61,167 nt of DNA from Holosporales bacterium. Lineage in GTDB: Bacteria; Pseudomonadota; Alphaproteobacteria; BNTO01. The translations under genes were made by a program, and so were the position numbers. The stretch is from contig JAITIY010000025.1 in NCBI GenBank assembly GCA_031279185.1, forward strand, positions 1 through 61,167. The letters are read 5' to 3'. This document shows, one piece after another, positions 11,473 to 21,380 of the stretch (the first letter of the stretch is position 1; each line of letters starts with the position of its first letter). The notes below the pieces were generated by a model. That model was given only the letters and a program-made list of their open reading frames with translations. It made no database searches and was not told the DNA's origin.

Positions 11473-11709
11473 ATGCCGCGGAGGTTGTTGACTGGTGTTG
11501 TTGTTAGTGATAAAAGTGACAAAACGGTTGTCGTTCGTGTAGAGCGGTTTATGGTTCATCGGCTTTATGGTAAGCGTATTCGGCGGCACGAGAAGTATCA
11601 CGCTCATGACGCTGAGAATTTGTATAAAGTTGGGGACCGTGTAAGTATATTGGAATCTCCACCGATTTCGAAACGGAAAAAGTGGGTCGTTGTGGGTAGC
11701 GGGGTTTGA
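11473..11709 (+). CDS. rpsQ: 30S ribosomal protein S17 (ATG 11473 preferred over the track start at 11443)
   Basis: [25 protein letters not shown]...H.LY.K.I.R..KY.AHD..N....GD.V.I.E..P.SK.K.W. GAAGGGG RBS upstream of 11473. Confidence 0.93.
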   Translation: MPRRLLTGVVVSDKSDKTVVVRVERFMVHRLYGKRIRRHEKYHAHDAENLYKVGDRVSILESPPISKRKKWVVVGSGV

Positions 11710-11718
11710 TGTTGACGT

Positions 11719-12087
11719 ATGATTCAGGTTCAAACTAGATTGTCAGTCGCGGATAATTCCGGCGCAAAAGAAGTGATGTGCATAAAGGTGCTGGGGGGCT
11801 CAAGGCGGCGATACGCGTCAGTCGGCGATATTGTAGTTGTGTCTGTTAAAGCGGCGGTCCCTACTGGGAAAGTTTCTGCTGGTGAAGTGACAAAAGCTGT
11901 CGTTGTACGGACTAGGCAGCCTGTTCGGCGGCCGGACGGGTCGTTGGTTGCGTTTGATTCGAACGCTGCCGTGTTACTGAATAAGCAGGGCGAGCCGATC
12001 GGAACACGCGTTTTTGGCCCTGTATTGCGTGAACTGCAGGCCTGTGGACATTTGAAGATTGTTTCTCTGGCCCCGGAGGTATTATGA
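11719..12087 (+). CDS. rplN: 50S ribosomal protein L14
   Basis: [41 protein letters not shown] is canonical L14. Confidence 0.98.
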   Translation: MIQVQTRLSVADNSGAKEVMCIKVLGGSRRRYASVGDIVVVSVKAAVPTGKVSAGEVTKAVVVRTRQPVRRPDGSLVAFDSNAAVLLNKQGEPIGTRVFGPVLRELQACGHLKIVSLAPEVL

Positions 12088-12413
12088 CGCAGCCGAAATT
12101 TAAGGTAAAACGTGGCGATTTAGTTGAGGTGATGACTGGTCAGTCTAAAGGATCACGTGGCGCTGTCGAGCGGGTCTTACTGCAGGAAGGGCGTGTTATT
12201 GTGACTGGGGTTCGGACTGTCATGCGGCATATACGACCGAATGCACAATGTTTGGAGGGAAAGGTCTTACGCACGTTGTCGATTCATGTGTCGAATGTTG
12301 CTGTTTTTGACCCGACGACGAATGCGCCGGGTCGAGTAGAATATCGTATTGATGCTAGTGGAGAGAAGAAACGTTTTTTTAAGGGGACTGATACTGTTGT
12401 TGGTGCGCGCTGA
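12084..12413 (+). CDS. rplX: 50S ribosomal protein L24
   Basis: ..KVKRGD.V.V.TG..KG..G.V..V KOW motif. Operon position. Confidence 0.94.
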   Translation: MTQPKFKVKRGDLVEVMTGQSKGSRGAVERVLLQEGRVIVTGVRTVMRHIRPNAQCLEGKVLRTLSIHVSNVAVFDPTTNAPGRVEYRIDASGEKKRFFKGTDTVVGAR

Positions 12414-12451
12414 TTGTTTGGTTTTGGGCCTGGTGTTGTAGAGAGTGGTTC

Positions 12452-12994
12452 GTGAAGAATAGTTTGAAAGAGAGATTTGACGCACAGATTCGAGCTTCCT
12501 TGATGGAGCAGTTGAACTTGACGAACCCTTTGGCTGTTCCGCGGTTGATTAAAGTTGTTCTTAATATGGGCGTTGGTGATTCTGTTGGCGACAACAAATT
12601 GCTTGGATTAGCTGTAACGGAACTTAGCTTGATCGCTGGTCAAAAGGCTGTGCCCACTGTTGCAAAAAAATCTATTGCAGCATTTAAAGTGCGTGCTGGG
12701 ATGAGTATTGGGGCAAAGGTCACTTTGCGAAGAGAACGCATGTTCGAATTTTTGGATCGTCTTATAAACATCGCGTTGCCGCGTGTAAGGGATTTTCATG
12801 GGTTTTCGAAGAAAAGTTTTGATGGGCATGGGAATTATTCTCTTGGCATAAAGGAGCAGATTATTTTCCCGGAAATTAATTATGACAAAATCGACAAAGT
12901 GCGCGGTCTTGATGTGACAATTTGTACTAATGCCGTTAATGATAATGCGGCGTTGGCTTTGTTACAGGCGATTAACTTGCCGATTGTGAGGTAG
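12452..12994 (+). CDS. rplE: 50S ribosomal protein L5
   Basis: ..NP.AVPRL.KVV.NMGVG......K.L..A...L..I.GQKAV.T.AKKSIA.FK.R.GM.IG.KVTLR..RM.EFLDRL....LPR.RDF.G. Confidence 0.97.
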   Translation: MKNSLKERFDAQIRASLMEQLNLTNPLAVPRLIKVVLNMGVGDSVGDNKLLGLAVTELSLIAGQKAVPTVAKKSIAAFKVRAGMSIGAKVTLRRERMFEFLDRLINIALPRVRDFHGFSKKSFDGHGNYSLGIKEQIIFPEINYDKIDKVRGLDVTICTNAVNDNAALALLQAINLPIVR

Positions 12995-13001
12995 ATGTTA
13001 C

Positions 13002-13307
13002 ATGGCAAAATTGAGTTCTATCGAAAATAATAAAAGGCGTAAGCGTTTGATCTTATCTGGCGCAAAAACTCGTGCGTCGTTGAAATGCTTGATTATGAAT
13101 AAGCAGACGGAATTTGCTGATCGGATGAAGGCTGTTCAGAAATTGTCGGAGCTTCCGCGAAATGCTTCTCCGGTTCGGTATCGGAATCGTTGTGAAATTA
13201 CAGGGCGTGCTCGCGGGGTTTATAGGAAATTTCGAATGTCGCGAATCGCTCTACGAGAATATGCGTTGAGTGGGTTTTTGCCCGGCGTGACGAAAGCAAG
13301 TTGGTAA
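13002..13307 (+). CDS. rpsN: 30S ribosomal protein S14 (long, 101-aa form)
   Basis: MAKLSSIENNKRRKRL......KR..LK..........A...L..LPRN.SPVR.RNRC..TGR.RG.YRKF.MSRI.LRE.A..G.LPGV.KASW. Confidence 0.97.
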   Translation: MAKLSSIENNKRRKRLILSGAKTRASLKCLIMNKQTEFADRMKAVQKLSELPRNASPVRYRNRCEITGRARGVYRKFRMSRIALREYALSGFLPGVTKASW

Positions 13308-13323
13308 GAGTGTTTGGTGTTTT

Positions 13324-13719
13324 ATGATTACTGATCCGATTGGAGATTTGTTGACTCGAATTAGAAATGGCCTGAAGGCTCGTAAGGTTAGTATTGATGT
13401 GCCGGCTTCGAAAATGCGTGGCGCGGTGTTGGACGTTTTGGTCGATGAAGGGTACTTGACTGGGTATTCGAAGGAACCTGGTGTTAGTGTTGATGGTGTA
13501 TTCCGTGTGATTCTGAAGTATGTTGACGGCGCCGGGGTCATCAAGTCGATTGCTCGTGTGTCGAAGCCTGGGCGGCGTGTCTATTCTTCTGTAAAGAGTT
13601 TACGGCCTGTACATAACGGGCTTGGAATTAATATATTGTCTACGTCCAAAGGCGTTATTTCTGATGCCAATGCTCGTGAGTGGGCGGTCGGCGGTGAGGT
13701 GTTGTGTTCTGTTTTTTGA
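13324..13719 (+). CDS. rpsH: 30S ribosomal protein S8
   Basis: MITDPIGDLLTRIRNG..A....V..P.SK........L..EGY. Ends ..GGE.LC.VF. Confidence 0.97.
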   Translation: MITDPIGDLLTRIRNGLKARKVSIDVPASKMRGAVLDVLVDEGYLTGYSKEPGVSVDGVFRVILKYVDGAGVIKSIARVSKPGRRVYSSVKSLRPVHNGLGINILSTSKGVISDANAREWAVGGEVLCSVF

Positions 13720-13737
13720 TTGTTGGTTATTGGTAAA

Positions 13738-14271
13738 ATGTCTAGAGTTGGGTCACGCGAAATTATTGTTCCTAGTGTTGTTACTGTTGTCCGTGATGGT
13801 TCCCTCTTTCGTTTTGAGGGACCGTTTGGCAAGGATTCGTTGATCGTTCCTGATTATATTACGGTGGAACAGACTGCGCGTGGTTATAAGATTGCACCTT
13901 GTAACGATACTTCACTCGCACGCGCTATGTGGGGAACCGTCCAAAGAAATTTTTCCAATATTGTCGCTGGTGTTGCTTCTGGCTTTACTGTTAATCTGGA
14001 CCTAGTCGGAGTTGGGTATAAAGCTCTTGTTTCTGACACAAAGTTAGTGATGCAATTGGGTTTCAGTCATAGTATTGAGTATAATATTCCTGTCGGTGTT
14101 TCTATTCGTTGTGATAAACCGACGTCTATTGCCATCACTGCGCATTCTAAACAAAAAGTTGGGATGATTGCCGCGTTGTTGCGGTCGTATCGCAGACCGG
14201 AACCGTATAATGGTAAAGGTGTAATTCGCGAAAAAGAATTTGTTCGCAGAAAAGAAGGGAAGAAAAAGTAA
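13738..14271 (+). CDS. rplF: 50S ribosomal protein L6 (ATG 13738; the track ORF starts 18 nt earlier)
   Basis: [14 protein letters not shown].......F.GP.G....... and ..RRPEPY.GKG.R L6 motifs. Confidence 0.95.
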   Translation: MSRVGSREIIVPSVVTVVRDGSLFRFEGPFGKDSLIVPDYITVEQTARGYKIAPCNDTSLARAMWGTVQRNFSNIVAGVASGFTVNLDLVGVGYKALVSDTKLVMQLGFSHSIEYNIPVGVSIRCDKPTSIAITAHSKQKVGMIAALLRSYRRPEPYNGKGVIREKEFVRRKEGKKK

Positions 14272-14272
14272 G

Positions 14273-14635
14273 ATGATGTCTTCATTGGAATTGCGCTTGC
14301 GGCGTAAGGCTCGGCAACGTACAAAGATCCGGGAGATTGGGAGCGGTAGGCGGCTGCGTCTTTGTGTCCATAGGACGAATCGTAATATTTATGCTCAAGT
14401 TGTTGATGATAGTTGTGGCAAAACTTTGCTATCGGTTTCGACACTTTGTAAAGACTGTGCTGCCGCGAAGAATGGCGGTAATAAAGTGGGTGCTGCGTTG
14501 GTCGGCGCTTTGTTGGCAAAACGTGCTGTCGAGAAAAACATTACGAAAATTGTTTTCGACCGGTCAGGTTTTTTGTATCATGGACGTGTAAAGGCTTTGG
14601 CCGATAGCGCCAGGGATAATGGTTTGGTTTTTTAA
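14273..14635 (+). CDS. rplR: 50S ribosomal protein L18 (ATG 14273, directly after the rplF stop)
   Basis: ..R.RRK.R.R.KI......RL.V.RTN.NIYAQV.DD..GKTL.S.ST....; [22 protein letters not shown]. Confidence 0.96.
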   Translation: MMSSLELRLRRKARQRTKIREIGSGRRLRLCVHRTNRNIYAQVVDDSCGKTLLSVSTLCKDCAAAKNGGNKVGAALVGALLAKRAVEKNITKIVFDRSGFLYHGRVKALADSARDNGLVF

Positions 14636-14643
14636 GGATTGTT

Positions 14644-15258
14644 ATGGCACGGGGTTCGGCGGATCATAGAAGTAGGGACACACAGTCTCAAATAATAGAA
14701 AAATTGATCAATGTCCGCCGTGTGACAAAGGTGGTTAAAGGCGGCAAAACGCTGCGCTTTTCTGCGTTGGTTGTTGTCGGTGACGGTCGTGGACAGGTTG
14801 GATATGGATGCGGTAAAGCTCGAGAGGTCCCGGAAGCGGTACGAAAGGCGTCGGATAAGGCTAAAAAATGCATGATCCGCGTTCCGTTACGCGAGGGGCG
14901 GACTTTGCATCATGATGTGACCGATGGGGTCGGTGCTGGCCGGGTTTTGATTCGCAGCGCCGCCGTTGGCACTGGTGTAATCGCTGGGGGTCCGATGCGT
15001 GCTATTTTTGAAGCGCTTGGCGTGCAGGACGTCGTTGCAAAATCACTTGGTAGTTCGAATTATCATAGTGTCGTTCGGTCGACGTTTCATGCTCTTACGC
15101 AGATAGTATCTCCAAAATCTGTTGCCGCTAGATTGGGAAAACGTTTGGAGGATGTTGTTCGACGACGTGATTGTCATCAGACACAGAAGCAAAATGCTGC
15201 AGATGTGACTGGTATTTCAGTTGACGTTGTTGCTGGTGAGGTGGGACATGACGACTGA
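14644..15258 (+). CDS. rpsE: 30S ribosomal protein S5 (about 35 extra C-terminal residues)
   Basis: ..EKLI.V.RV.KVVKGG...[25 protein letters not shown]...AKK..I.V. Operon position. Confidence 0.96.
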   Translation: MARGSADHRSRDTQSQIIEKLINVRRVTKVVKGGKTLRFSALVVVGDGRGQVGYGCGKAREVPEAVRKASDKAKKCMIRVPLREGRTLHHDVTDGVGAGRVLIRSAAVGTGVIAGGPMRAIFEALGVQDVVAKSLGSSNYHSVVRSTFHALTQIVSPKSVAARLGKRLEDVVRRRDCHQTQKQNAADVTGISVDVVAGEVGHDD

Positions 15259-15370
15259 TCGTATTGATGGCGTTTGTGGTGATGCTCCTTGTGGGGAAAA
15301 ACCCGGGCACTGTACCTCTAAAAGTCGGTGGTTGGCGTCGCATAAAAGTGGACAGGGTCGTTGGCCGAAG

Positions 15371-15553
15371 TTGACAGTGGAGAACTCAGTTACTGTTGAG
15401 CAATATCGGAGCTGTATTCGTTTACCTAAAATTCAGCGAGTGCAGCTACGGTCGCTTGGTGTTGGCCAGCTTGGACAAACGTGCATGTTGCCGAAGATTC
15501 CTGCCGTGTTGAAGTTGGTAGAACGGTTGCGTCATTTGGTTAAAGTGACGTAA
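15371..15553 (+). CDS. rpmD: 50S ribosomal protein L30. The likely start is TTG 15371 (or GTG 15377). The 110-aa track ORF from 15221 overlaps rpsE and is probably an over-extension.
   Basis: TVENSVTVEQYRSCIRLPKIQRVQLRSLGVGQLGQTCMLPKIPAVLKLVERLRHLVKV parallels E. coli L30 as I recall it ([52 protein letters not shown]). The start codon is uncertain. Confidence 0.8.
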   Translation: MTVENSVTVEQYRSCIRLPKIQRVQLRSLGVGQLGQTCMLPKIPAVLKLVERLRHLVKVT

Positions 15554-15576
15554 TTAATTTGGTGAAAGAGGGGTTT

Positions 15577-16062
15577 GTGTCTTTTAAACTTAATACTGTT
15601 CGCGATAATGCCGGGGCAACACAACCGCGTAAGGTTGTTGGAAGAGGGATTGGTTCCGGTCTAGGTAAGACTTCTGGCCGCGGTGGAAAAGGGCAAACCG
15701 CGCGTTCGGGCGTATCACTGAACGGATTCGAGGGGGGGCAGATGCCGATTTATCGGCGTTTACCGAAGCGTGGTTTTAAAGGTCGTGTTAACTCTTTCTG
15801 TGAATTGAATTTTCGTAAATTGGATCGTTTGATTTCTCAAAATGTTTTGAAGGATGGCGGGACTGTGGATTTGGTATTCTTGAAAAATCATGGTATGGTC
15901 TCTAAAAGTTGTCGCGGCATTTCGTTGATCGCCGGTGGCGAATTGACTGTCCCTTTGCATTTTTTTGTGGACAGGGCTACTGCGGGTGCTCGACGGGTTG
16001 TTAACGGCAATGGTGGTACAATTTCTATAGTTAAAAGTATGGCTGAACGGGAGCGTGTTTGA
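15577..16062 (+). CDS. rplO: 50S ribosomal protein L15 (GTG 15577 after an AAAGAGGGG RBS)
   Basis: (V)SFKLNTVRDNAGA...RK.VGRGIGSGLGKTSGRGGKGQ.ARSG....FEGGQMP.YRRLPKRGF. Confidence 0.95.
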   Translation: MSFKLNTVRDNAGATQPRKVVGRGIGSGLGKTSGRGGKGQTARSGVSLNGFEGGQMPIYRRLPKRGFKGRVNSFCELNFRKLDRLISQNVLKDGGTVDLVFLKNHGMVSKSCRGISLIAGGELTVPLHFFVDRATAGARRVVNGNGGTISIVKSMAERERV

Positions 16063-17405
16063 TGGCGTCTGGAATGGAACAATTCGCATCAAGTGTTTCG
16101 GTTGGTGTTTTTCGGAAAGCAAAGGACCTTCAAAAGAGAATTTTGTTTACGCTGTTGGCCTTGATTATTTGCCGGTTGGGTACTTATGTCCCTTTGCCTG
16201 GGATTAATCCTCAAGTTATCGCGGAGTTCCTTAAACAAAATGCCGGTGGTATAATTGGCCTCATTGATACGTTTTCTGGCGGTGCTGTTGGCAGAATGAC
16301 TATGTTCGCTCTCGGTATTGTCCCATATATTTCATCTAGTATCGTCGTCCAGCTTATGACGTCGGTGTTTCCTACATTTGAAGCCTTGAAGAAAGAGGGG
16401 GAAGTCGGGCGGAAGAAACTGGGGCTGTATACTCGTTATGGTACTATTATGATGGCTGCCGTGCAGGCTTTTGGCATTGCTGCAGGGTTGGAACACTTAA
16501 GTGGTAGTGGGGGCCCGGCGGTAACTATTCCTGGGTTTTTCTTTCGCTTAATGACCGTGTTGACTTTGACTGGAAGTACGATGTTTCTGGTTTGGGTCGG
16601 TGATCAAATAACCTCTCGTGGTCTCGGGAACGGTACTTCTGTCATTATATATGCTGGAATCGTGGCTAATTTGCCTTCTGCGATATTTCGCACTTTGGCT
16701 TTGGGGCGGCAACAATCTTTGAGTTATCCTGTGATTTTGTTAATTTTCCTCGGGATTATTGGCGTTTTATATTTTGTCGTTCATATGGAAAGTTCGCAAC
16801 GGCATGTTCCGATTCAATATCCAAAGCGGCAGGTTACGAGGGGGGGGCCCGCCGTTGCTCAGAATACACACTTGCCTTTGAAAATAAACAGCGCTGGTGT
16901 TATGCCGCCTATCTTTGCGTCTTCATTGATAATGTTCCCTGCTACGATTTTGACGTTTATTAGTATGTCCGAAAATTCTTGGCTGCGAGTCGCTTCGAAT
17001 CTATTCGCTAGGGACCGGTTACCTTATATGATCAGCACTGTAATTTTGATCATCTATTTTGCGTATTTTTACACTGCTCTGATGTTTGATCCAAAAGAGA
17101 CCGCGGACAATTTACGAAAGTCTGGTAGTTATATCCCTGGAATACGTCCTGGTCAACAGACTGCTGATTATGTGGATTATTTGTTGACGCGTTTGACCGT
17201 TGTTGGCTCTGTTTACTTGGCCGCAGTTTGTGTGCTTCCAGAGTTTGTCGTTACGAAAATGTCGTTGCCATTTTATCTGGGTGGAACCAGTATTCTTATT
17301 GTTGTGAGTGTTACTATCGAAACTATCTCACAGGTTCAGTCTCATCTGATGGCTCATCAATATGAAGGGCTGATTCGTAAAGTTAGGTCTAAGGGAGGCT
17401 TGTGA
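16062..17405 (+). CDS. secY: Preprotein translocase subunit SecY
   Basis: 447-aa, 10-TM protein with ..L.KRILFTL.AL...R.G...P.PGI......; MFALGI.PYI..SI..QL. Follows rplO. Confidence 0.97.
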   Translation: MASGMEQFASSVSVGVFRKAKDLQKRILFTLLALIICRLGTYVPLPGINPQVIAEFLKQNAGGIIGLIDTFSGGAVGRMTMFALGIVPYISSSIVVQLMTSVFPTFEALKKEGEVGRKKLGLYTRYGTIMMAAVQAFGIAAGLEHLSGSGGPAVTIPGFFFRLMTVLTLTGSTMFLVWVGDQITSRGLGNGTSVIIYAGIVANLPSAIFRTLALGRQQSLSYPVILLIFLGIIGVLYFVVHMESSQRHVPIQYPKRQVTRGGPAVAQNTHLPLKINSAGVMPPIFASSLIMFPATILTFISMSENSWLRVASNLFARDRLPYMISTVILIIYFAYFYTALMFDPKETADNLRKSGSYIPGIRPGQQTADYVDYLLTRLTVVGSVYLAAVCVLPEFVVTKMSLPFYLGGTSILIVVSVTIETISQVQSHLMAHQYEGLIRKVRSKGGL

Positions 17406-18127
17406 TGGAGTATGGGACTTTGGAGGGCATTGATAGCGTCAGCGTAGTGCATCCGCCTATTGACGGACCTGCACGTTTGGACGGATCACGGGTCGCGGTA
17501 ATTTTGCTCGGTGCGCCGGGTTGTGGGAAAGGTACTTTAGCTTTCGCCTTGCAGAGGTCGTATGGTTTCGAGCCGTTTTCAACTGGTGATGCTCTGCGTG
17601 CGGAAATAAGTAAAGGCAGCCAGCTTGGGGTTCAGATAAAAGCTCTTTATGACAACGGCCGTCTGGTTAGTGATGAGGTCGTGGTGGCAATGGTTGGCGA
17701 GTTTTTGCAGAACACAGACAGTGGTCGAGTGATTTTTGATGGTTTCCCGCGGACGTTGTCGCAGGCCGAAAAGTTGTCGGGGCTGCTAGCTGATTGGTGC
17801 GCTCGTGTTGTTTGTATGGACGTGGACGATGATGTTGTGGCGTCGCGCCTTTTGACTCGATACTCTTGTAAGACTTGTTCAAAGGTATACAACGAAAAGA
17901 CTGCGCTTCCAGAAAACGGTGGCGTTTGCGATGTGTGTGGTGGGGTTGATTTTGTTCGTCGGGTCGATGATACTGATGCAGCTATTTTGACTAGATTGCA
18001 GGTTTATCATGAAAAGATCGCGCCTGTTGTTGACTATTACTCAACAAAAGGAGAAATTTATCATGTTGATGCGTCGCAATCTACCGAGAATGTGTTCGCC
18101 GTTGTGTCTGACGTCGTATTTAAGTGA
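17402..18127 (+). CDS. adk: Adenylate kinase with a zinc-lid (CKTC...CDVCGG). An alternative TTG start at 17477 would remove a 25-aa N-terminal extension.
   Basis: VAVILLGAPGCGKGT P-loop, LISTGD-like FSTGDALRAE, DGFPRT, four-Cys LID. Follows secY as in alphaproteobacteria. Confidence 0.93.
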   Translation: MMEYGTLEGIDSVSVVHPPIDGPARLDGSRVAVILLGAPGCGKGTLAFALQRSYGFEPFSTGDALRAEISKGSQLGVQIKALYDNGRLVSDEVVVAMVGEFLQNTDSGRVIFDGFPRTLSQAEKLSGLLADWCARVVCMDVDDDVVASRLLTRYSCKTCSKVYNEKTALPENGGVCDVCGGVDFVRRVDDTDAAILTRLQVYHEKIAPVVDYYSTKGEIYHVDASQSTENVFAVVSDVVFK

Positions 18128-18150
18128 TGTTTTGTTGAGGAGATGCAGAG

Positions 18151-18531
18151 TTGGCCCGTATAGCTGGTGTAAATATTCCGACACAAAAAAAGGTTGGTAT
18201 CGCGCTGCGATATATTTATGGTGTTGGTCCGAAGAAGGCAGTTGAGATTTTGGAAAAAGCTGGTGTCTCCCCGGATCTTAGGGTGCACCAGTTAACGGAT
18301 GCGGATGTGTTGCATGTTAGAGAAGTCGTAGACAGCGGGCTTTATAAAGTTGAAGGGGACTTGCGCCGAGAAGTTTCGATGAATATTAAGCGGTTGGTTG
18401 ATCTCGGTTGTTATCGTGGGTTGCGACATCGGCGCGGCTTGCCAGTCCGGGGTCAGCGGACGCATACGAATGCACGCACTCGAAAGGGAAAGGCGATCCC
18501 GATTGCTGGTAAGAAGATAGCTAAGGTATAA
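18151..18531 (+). CDS. rpsM: 30S ribosomal protein S13 (TTG start)
   Basis: (M)[19 protein letters not shown]...A..I...AG........L.D......R......Y.VEGDLRRE....[31 protein letters not shown]. Confidence 0.97.
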   Translation: MARIAGVNIPTQKKVGIALRYIYGVGPKKAVEILEKAGVSPDLRVHQLTDADVLHVREVVDSGLYKVEGDLRREVSMNIKRLVDLGCYRGLRHRRGLPVRGQRTHTNARTRKGKAIPIAGKKIAKV

Positions 18532-18555
18532 TTTACGCATTGTTGTTGGTGATGT

Positions 18556-18948
18556 ATGGTAGCTGGTAGCGCTGTAAGGTTGAAGAAAAAAGACAGGAAA
18601 AATGTCGTGAACGCTGTTGCGTACATTAGTTCAACGTTTAATAACACAATGATTACTATCGCTGACGAATTCGGCAACGCAATCGCGGCAGTTTCGTCAG
18701 GGATGGTTGGGTTTAAAGGGTCTAGGAAGTCGACACCGTATGCTGCACAGATTGCCTCGGAGTTGGCTGCCAAGAAGGCTGCCGAACACGGGGTGAAAAC
18801 TGTTCGTGTGGTTGTTCGTGGGCCTGGGGCCGGACGGGAGACTGCGCTGCGGGCGTTGCAGTCGTTTGGGTTTAACATTACGTCGGTTGCGGACACTACG
18901 CCGATCCCACATAATGGGTGTCGGCCTCCGAAACAGAGGCGAGTTTGA
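18556..18948 (+). CDS. rpsK: 30S ribosomal protein S11
   Basis: ..[15 protein letters not shown].......[16 protein letters not shown]......KA.EHG.K.V.V.V.GPG.GRE.A.RAL...GF.I....[16 protein letters not shown]. Confidence 0.98.
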   Translation: MVAGSAVRLKKKDRKNVVNAVAYISSTFNNTMITIADEFGNAIAAVSSGMVGFKGSRKSTPYAAQIASELAAKKAAEHGVKTVRVVVRGPGAGRETALRALQSFGFNITSVADTTPIPHNGCRPPKQRRV

Positions 18949-18995
18949 TTCAGTTTTTATGCTGTTTCTTTTTTTGGAAGTAAGGGAGTCGTCGT

Positions 18996-20018
18996 GTGCT
19001 AGAAAAAATTTGGCGATCGTTGATTAAACCTGGAAACTTGGACGTCCAGTATATGGATTCGACTATGCGGGATGCGGTGATTGTCGCTGAACCTCTGGAA
19101 CGTGGCTTTGGAACAACGTTGGGTAATGCCTTGCGCCGAGTCTTGCTGTCATCGCTTCAGGGCTCGGCAATTGTTGCTGTTAAGATTGATGGCGTTTTGC
19201 ACGAATTTTCTTCAGTGCCTGGTGTTCTTGAAGATGTTACGGATATAATACTAAATATTAAGTCTATCGGCGTGAAACTTTTGTCGGATATATCGAAAAA
19301 AGTGCGCTTGTCAGCGAAAGGGCCCAAAGTAGTTACTGCTGCAGATTTGGAGTTGGTTGGCGGGGTTGAGATATTGGATCCAGATGCTGTAATTTGCACT
19401 TTAGGGGATGGGGCATCGTTGAGTCTAGAACTTACAATCGAGTCTGGGAAAGGCTTTGTTCCAGCGGTGTATGATCCTGATAGTGTTCGAACGTTAGGTG
19501 TGATTCCTATTGATGCGTTGTTTTCACCAGTAAAAAGAGTGATGTTCAAGGTCGATGCCACAAGGGTAGGGCAGCGCACTGACTATGATAAGCTGACTAT
19601 GAAGGTTGTTACAGATGGTTCGATAAAGCCTGATGATGCGGTTGGTTGTGCGGCAAGGATTTTAATCGATCAAATGCAGCAGTTTGTTAATTTTGATGAC
19701 CCGAGCTTTATTGGTTCGAATGCTGATAAAGAGTCCCTGCCGTTTAATAAAAATCTTCTTAGAAAAGTTGAGGATCTTGAGTTGTCTGTGCGGTCGGCCA
19801 ATTGTCTTAAAAGTGAAAATATTTCGTATATAGGTGATTTGGTACAGAAAACTGAAGGTGAAATGTTGAAAACTCCAAACTTCGGACGCAAATCTTTGAA
19901 CGAAATTAAGGAAGTTTTGGCACAAATGGGGCTTGGTTTCGGTATGGTCGTACCTAATTGGCCTCCAGTAAATATTGAGGATTTATCCAAGTGTGTTGAC
20001 GATCCTTATGTCGGGTGA
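18996..20018 (+). CDS. rpoA: DNA-directed RNA polymerase alpha subunit (GTG start)
   Basis: 340 aa with [25 protein letters not shown]...VKIDGV.HEFS...GV.EDV..I.LN.K. C-terminal domain ..[12 protein letters not shown]...[27 protein letters not shown]. Confidence 0.98.
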   Translation: MLEKIWRSLIKPGNLDVQYMDSTMRDAVIVAEPLERGFGTTLGNALRRVLLSSLQGSAIVAVKIDGVLHEFSSVPGVLEDVTDIILNIKSIGVKLLSDISKKVRLSAKGPKVVTAADLELVGGVEILDPDAVICTLGDGASLSLELTIESGKGFVPAVYDPDSVRTLGVIPIDALFSPVKRVMFKVDATRVGQRTDYDKLTMKVVTDGSIKPDDAVGCAARILIDQMQQFVNFDDPSFIGSNADKESLPFNKNLLRKVEDLELSVRSANCLKSENISYIGDLVQKTEGEMLKTPNFGRKSLNEIKEVLAQMGLGFGMVVPNWPPVNIEDLSKCVDDPYVG

Positions 20019-20052
20019 GGTCGATTGTGGCTTGGTGGGTTGAGGTGGTTTG

Positions 20053-20442
20053 ATGAGGCATAGAAAAGCGCATCGGTTATTGAATCGAACATCTAAACAT
20101 AGAAAGTCTATGTTTAAAAATATGGTCTGTGCGTTGTTACGCGAGGAGCGTATTCAAACAACATTACCTAAAGCGAAGGAAATACGTCCAATCGTAGAAA
20201 AGACTATAACATTGGGCAAACGATATCATCTAGAAGATTCCGCCGCGTGGAGAGTTCATATACGGCGTTTGGCGATTGCTCGCTTGGGTGATGAAGAGAT
20301 CGCGAATAAATTGATCGATTCGGTCGCTGTGCGCTTTAAAGATAGAGCAGGTGGGTATTGTCGGATAGTTAAAGCTGGGTTTCGCTATGGTGATTGTGCT
20401 CCGATGGCTGTGATCTGTCTGTTGGATTCGCCCGCAACCTAG
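20053..20442 (+). CDS. rplQ: 50S ribosomal protein L17
   Basis: [24 protein letters not shown]...L...ERI.TTL.KAKE.RP..EK.ITL.K. Last gene of the alpha operon. Confidence 0.96.
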   Translation: MRHRKAHRLLNRTSKHRKSMFKNMVCALLREERIQTTLPKAKEIRPIVEKTITLGKRYHLEDSAAWRVHIRRLAIARLGDEEIANKLIDSVAVRFKDRAGGYCRIVKAGFRYGDCAPMAVICLLDSPAT

Positions 20443-20664
20443 GCGCATTAACTCTAACTTTGATCCACAACTTGCATCGGCGATTTTAGGCGAGAAAAGT
20501 CATTCTGCTCATTTTTGCACAAGAGTTATACAACGCCTGCGCATTCTATCAAATTATTTGGCCGAGGTTTACTGCGTTCGCAACAGGCCCTTTTTAGAAG
20601 TTTGCATGCTCAAATGTAAATATTTTTGTAGATCGCACCCGGCTCATGTTTGTCTACATCTCCA

Positions 20665-20696
20665 GAAAAATCGGAGAGTTTTCTGTGTTACTCTCC
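20665..20696 (-). terminator. Weak rho-independent terminator candidate downstream of tRNA-Val/HU
   Basis: The minus strand reads GGAGAG-taacacagaaaa-CTCTCC followed by GATTTTTCT. A 6-bp stem with a 12-nt loop. Confidence 0.3.
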
Positions 20697-20814
20697 TAAA
20701 AATTCAAATTCCACACACTTCTGGGATTCTTAAGCTTCGGCGCCAATTCCCACACTACTACAAAAAAGATTTAGCATCCAACTGTAGACGGAAGTAATTT
20801 TACTGAAATTTCAG

Positions 20815-20889
20815 TGGTGGGCGATGACGGGATCGAACCGCCGACCACCTCGGTGTAAACGAGATGCTCTACCACTGAGCCAATCGCCC
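20815..20889 (-). tRNA. tRNA-Val (anticodon TAC), CCA encoded
   Basis: The reverse complement GGGCGATTGGCTCAGTGGTAGAGCATCTCGTTTACACCGAGGTGGTCGGCGGTTCGATCCCGTCATCGCCCACCA folds by hand into a cloverleaf. It has a 7-bp acceptor stem, GCTC/GAGC D stem, TCTCG/CGAGG anticodon stem with loop TTTACAC, and a GGCGG/CCGTC T stem with TTCGATC loop. Confidence 0.93.
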
Positions 20890-20968
20890 AACCTCAACAA
20901 AACTACACAAATACTACTAACACACGAAAACGCACAATGCAACAAGAAGCAAAGCAAACAAAACTCTA

Positions 20969-21241
20969 CTACCCGACTGCTTCTTTTAAAGATTTCCCAG
21001 GTCTAAACTTCGGAGATCGATGCGCTGGAATATGAATCTTTTCACCAGTTCTCGGATTACGTCCTTCTGTTGCGGGCTTATCAACGCACACAAAAGAACC
21101 GAATCCAACTAACCGTACCTCATCATTGTGCTTTAGCGTCTCTGTAATCGACTCGATTACTGCATCAATTGCGCTCTCTGCGTCGACCTTAGATAATCCG
21201 CTCTTCTCACTTACGCTACAAACTAGCTCACTCTTGTTCAT
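20969..21241 (-). CDS. hupB: HU/IHF-family DNA-binding protein
   Basis: 90 aa, MNKSELV..V.EK.GLSK.DAE.AIDAVI..I...L......V.LVGFGSF.......R.GRNP.TGE.I.IPA...PKF.PGK.LK.AV. Confidence 0.93.
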   Translation of the reverse strand: MNKSELVCSVSEKSGLSKVDAESAIDAVIESITETLKHNDEVRLVGFGSFVCVDKPATEGRNPRTGEKIHIPAHRSPKFRPGKSLKEAVG

Positions 21242-21276
21242 GTCTTAATAACCAATAACAAAACACCCTTTTCTGC

Positions 21277-21306
21277 ATATTAATCAGAAGATATGACTAT
21301 GGTCAA
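21277..21306 (-). promoter_or_regulatory. Sigma70-like promoter candidate for the HU gene (TTGACC-18 nt-TAATAT on the minus strand)
   Basis: RC of 21301-21306 is TTGACC and RC of 21277-21282 is TAATAT. The -10 lies about 36 nt upstream of the start at 21241. Confidence 0.45.
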
Positions 21307-21380
21307 CTTTTTTGTACTATATTGCGTGATTCCAGCATGGTGTTTTCATATATTTTTGCGATTTTCTACGATACCTTAAC

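Noticed and set aside
20461-20469. TGATCCACA (Caulobacter-type DnaA G-box) just downstream of rplQ
   Set aside because: It is a single one-mismatch box. About a dozen such matches are expected by chance in 61 kb on both strands, and there is no clustering or AT-rich unwinding element next to it.
20824-21006. 60-aa ORF (MTGSNRRPPRCKRD...)
   Set aside because: It is the sense-strand reading of the complement of tRNA-Val and the 3' end of the HU gene, so it is an artefact.
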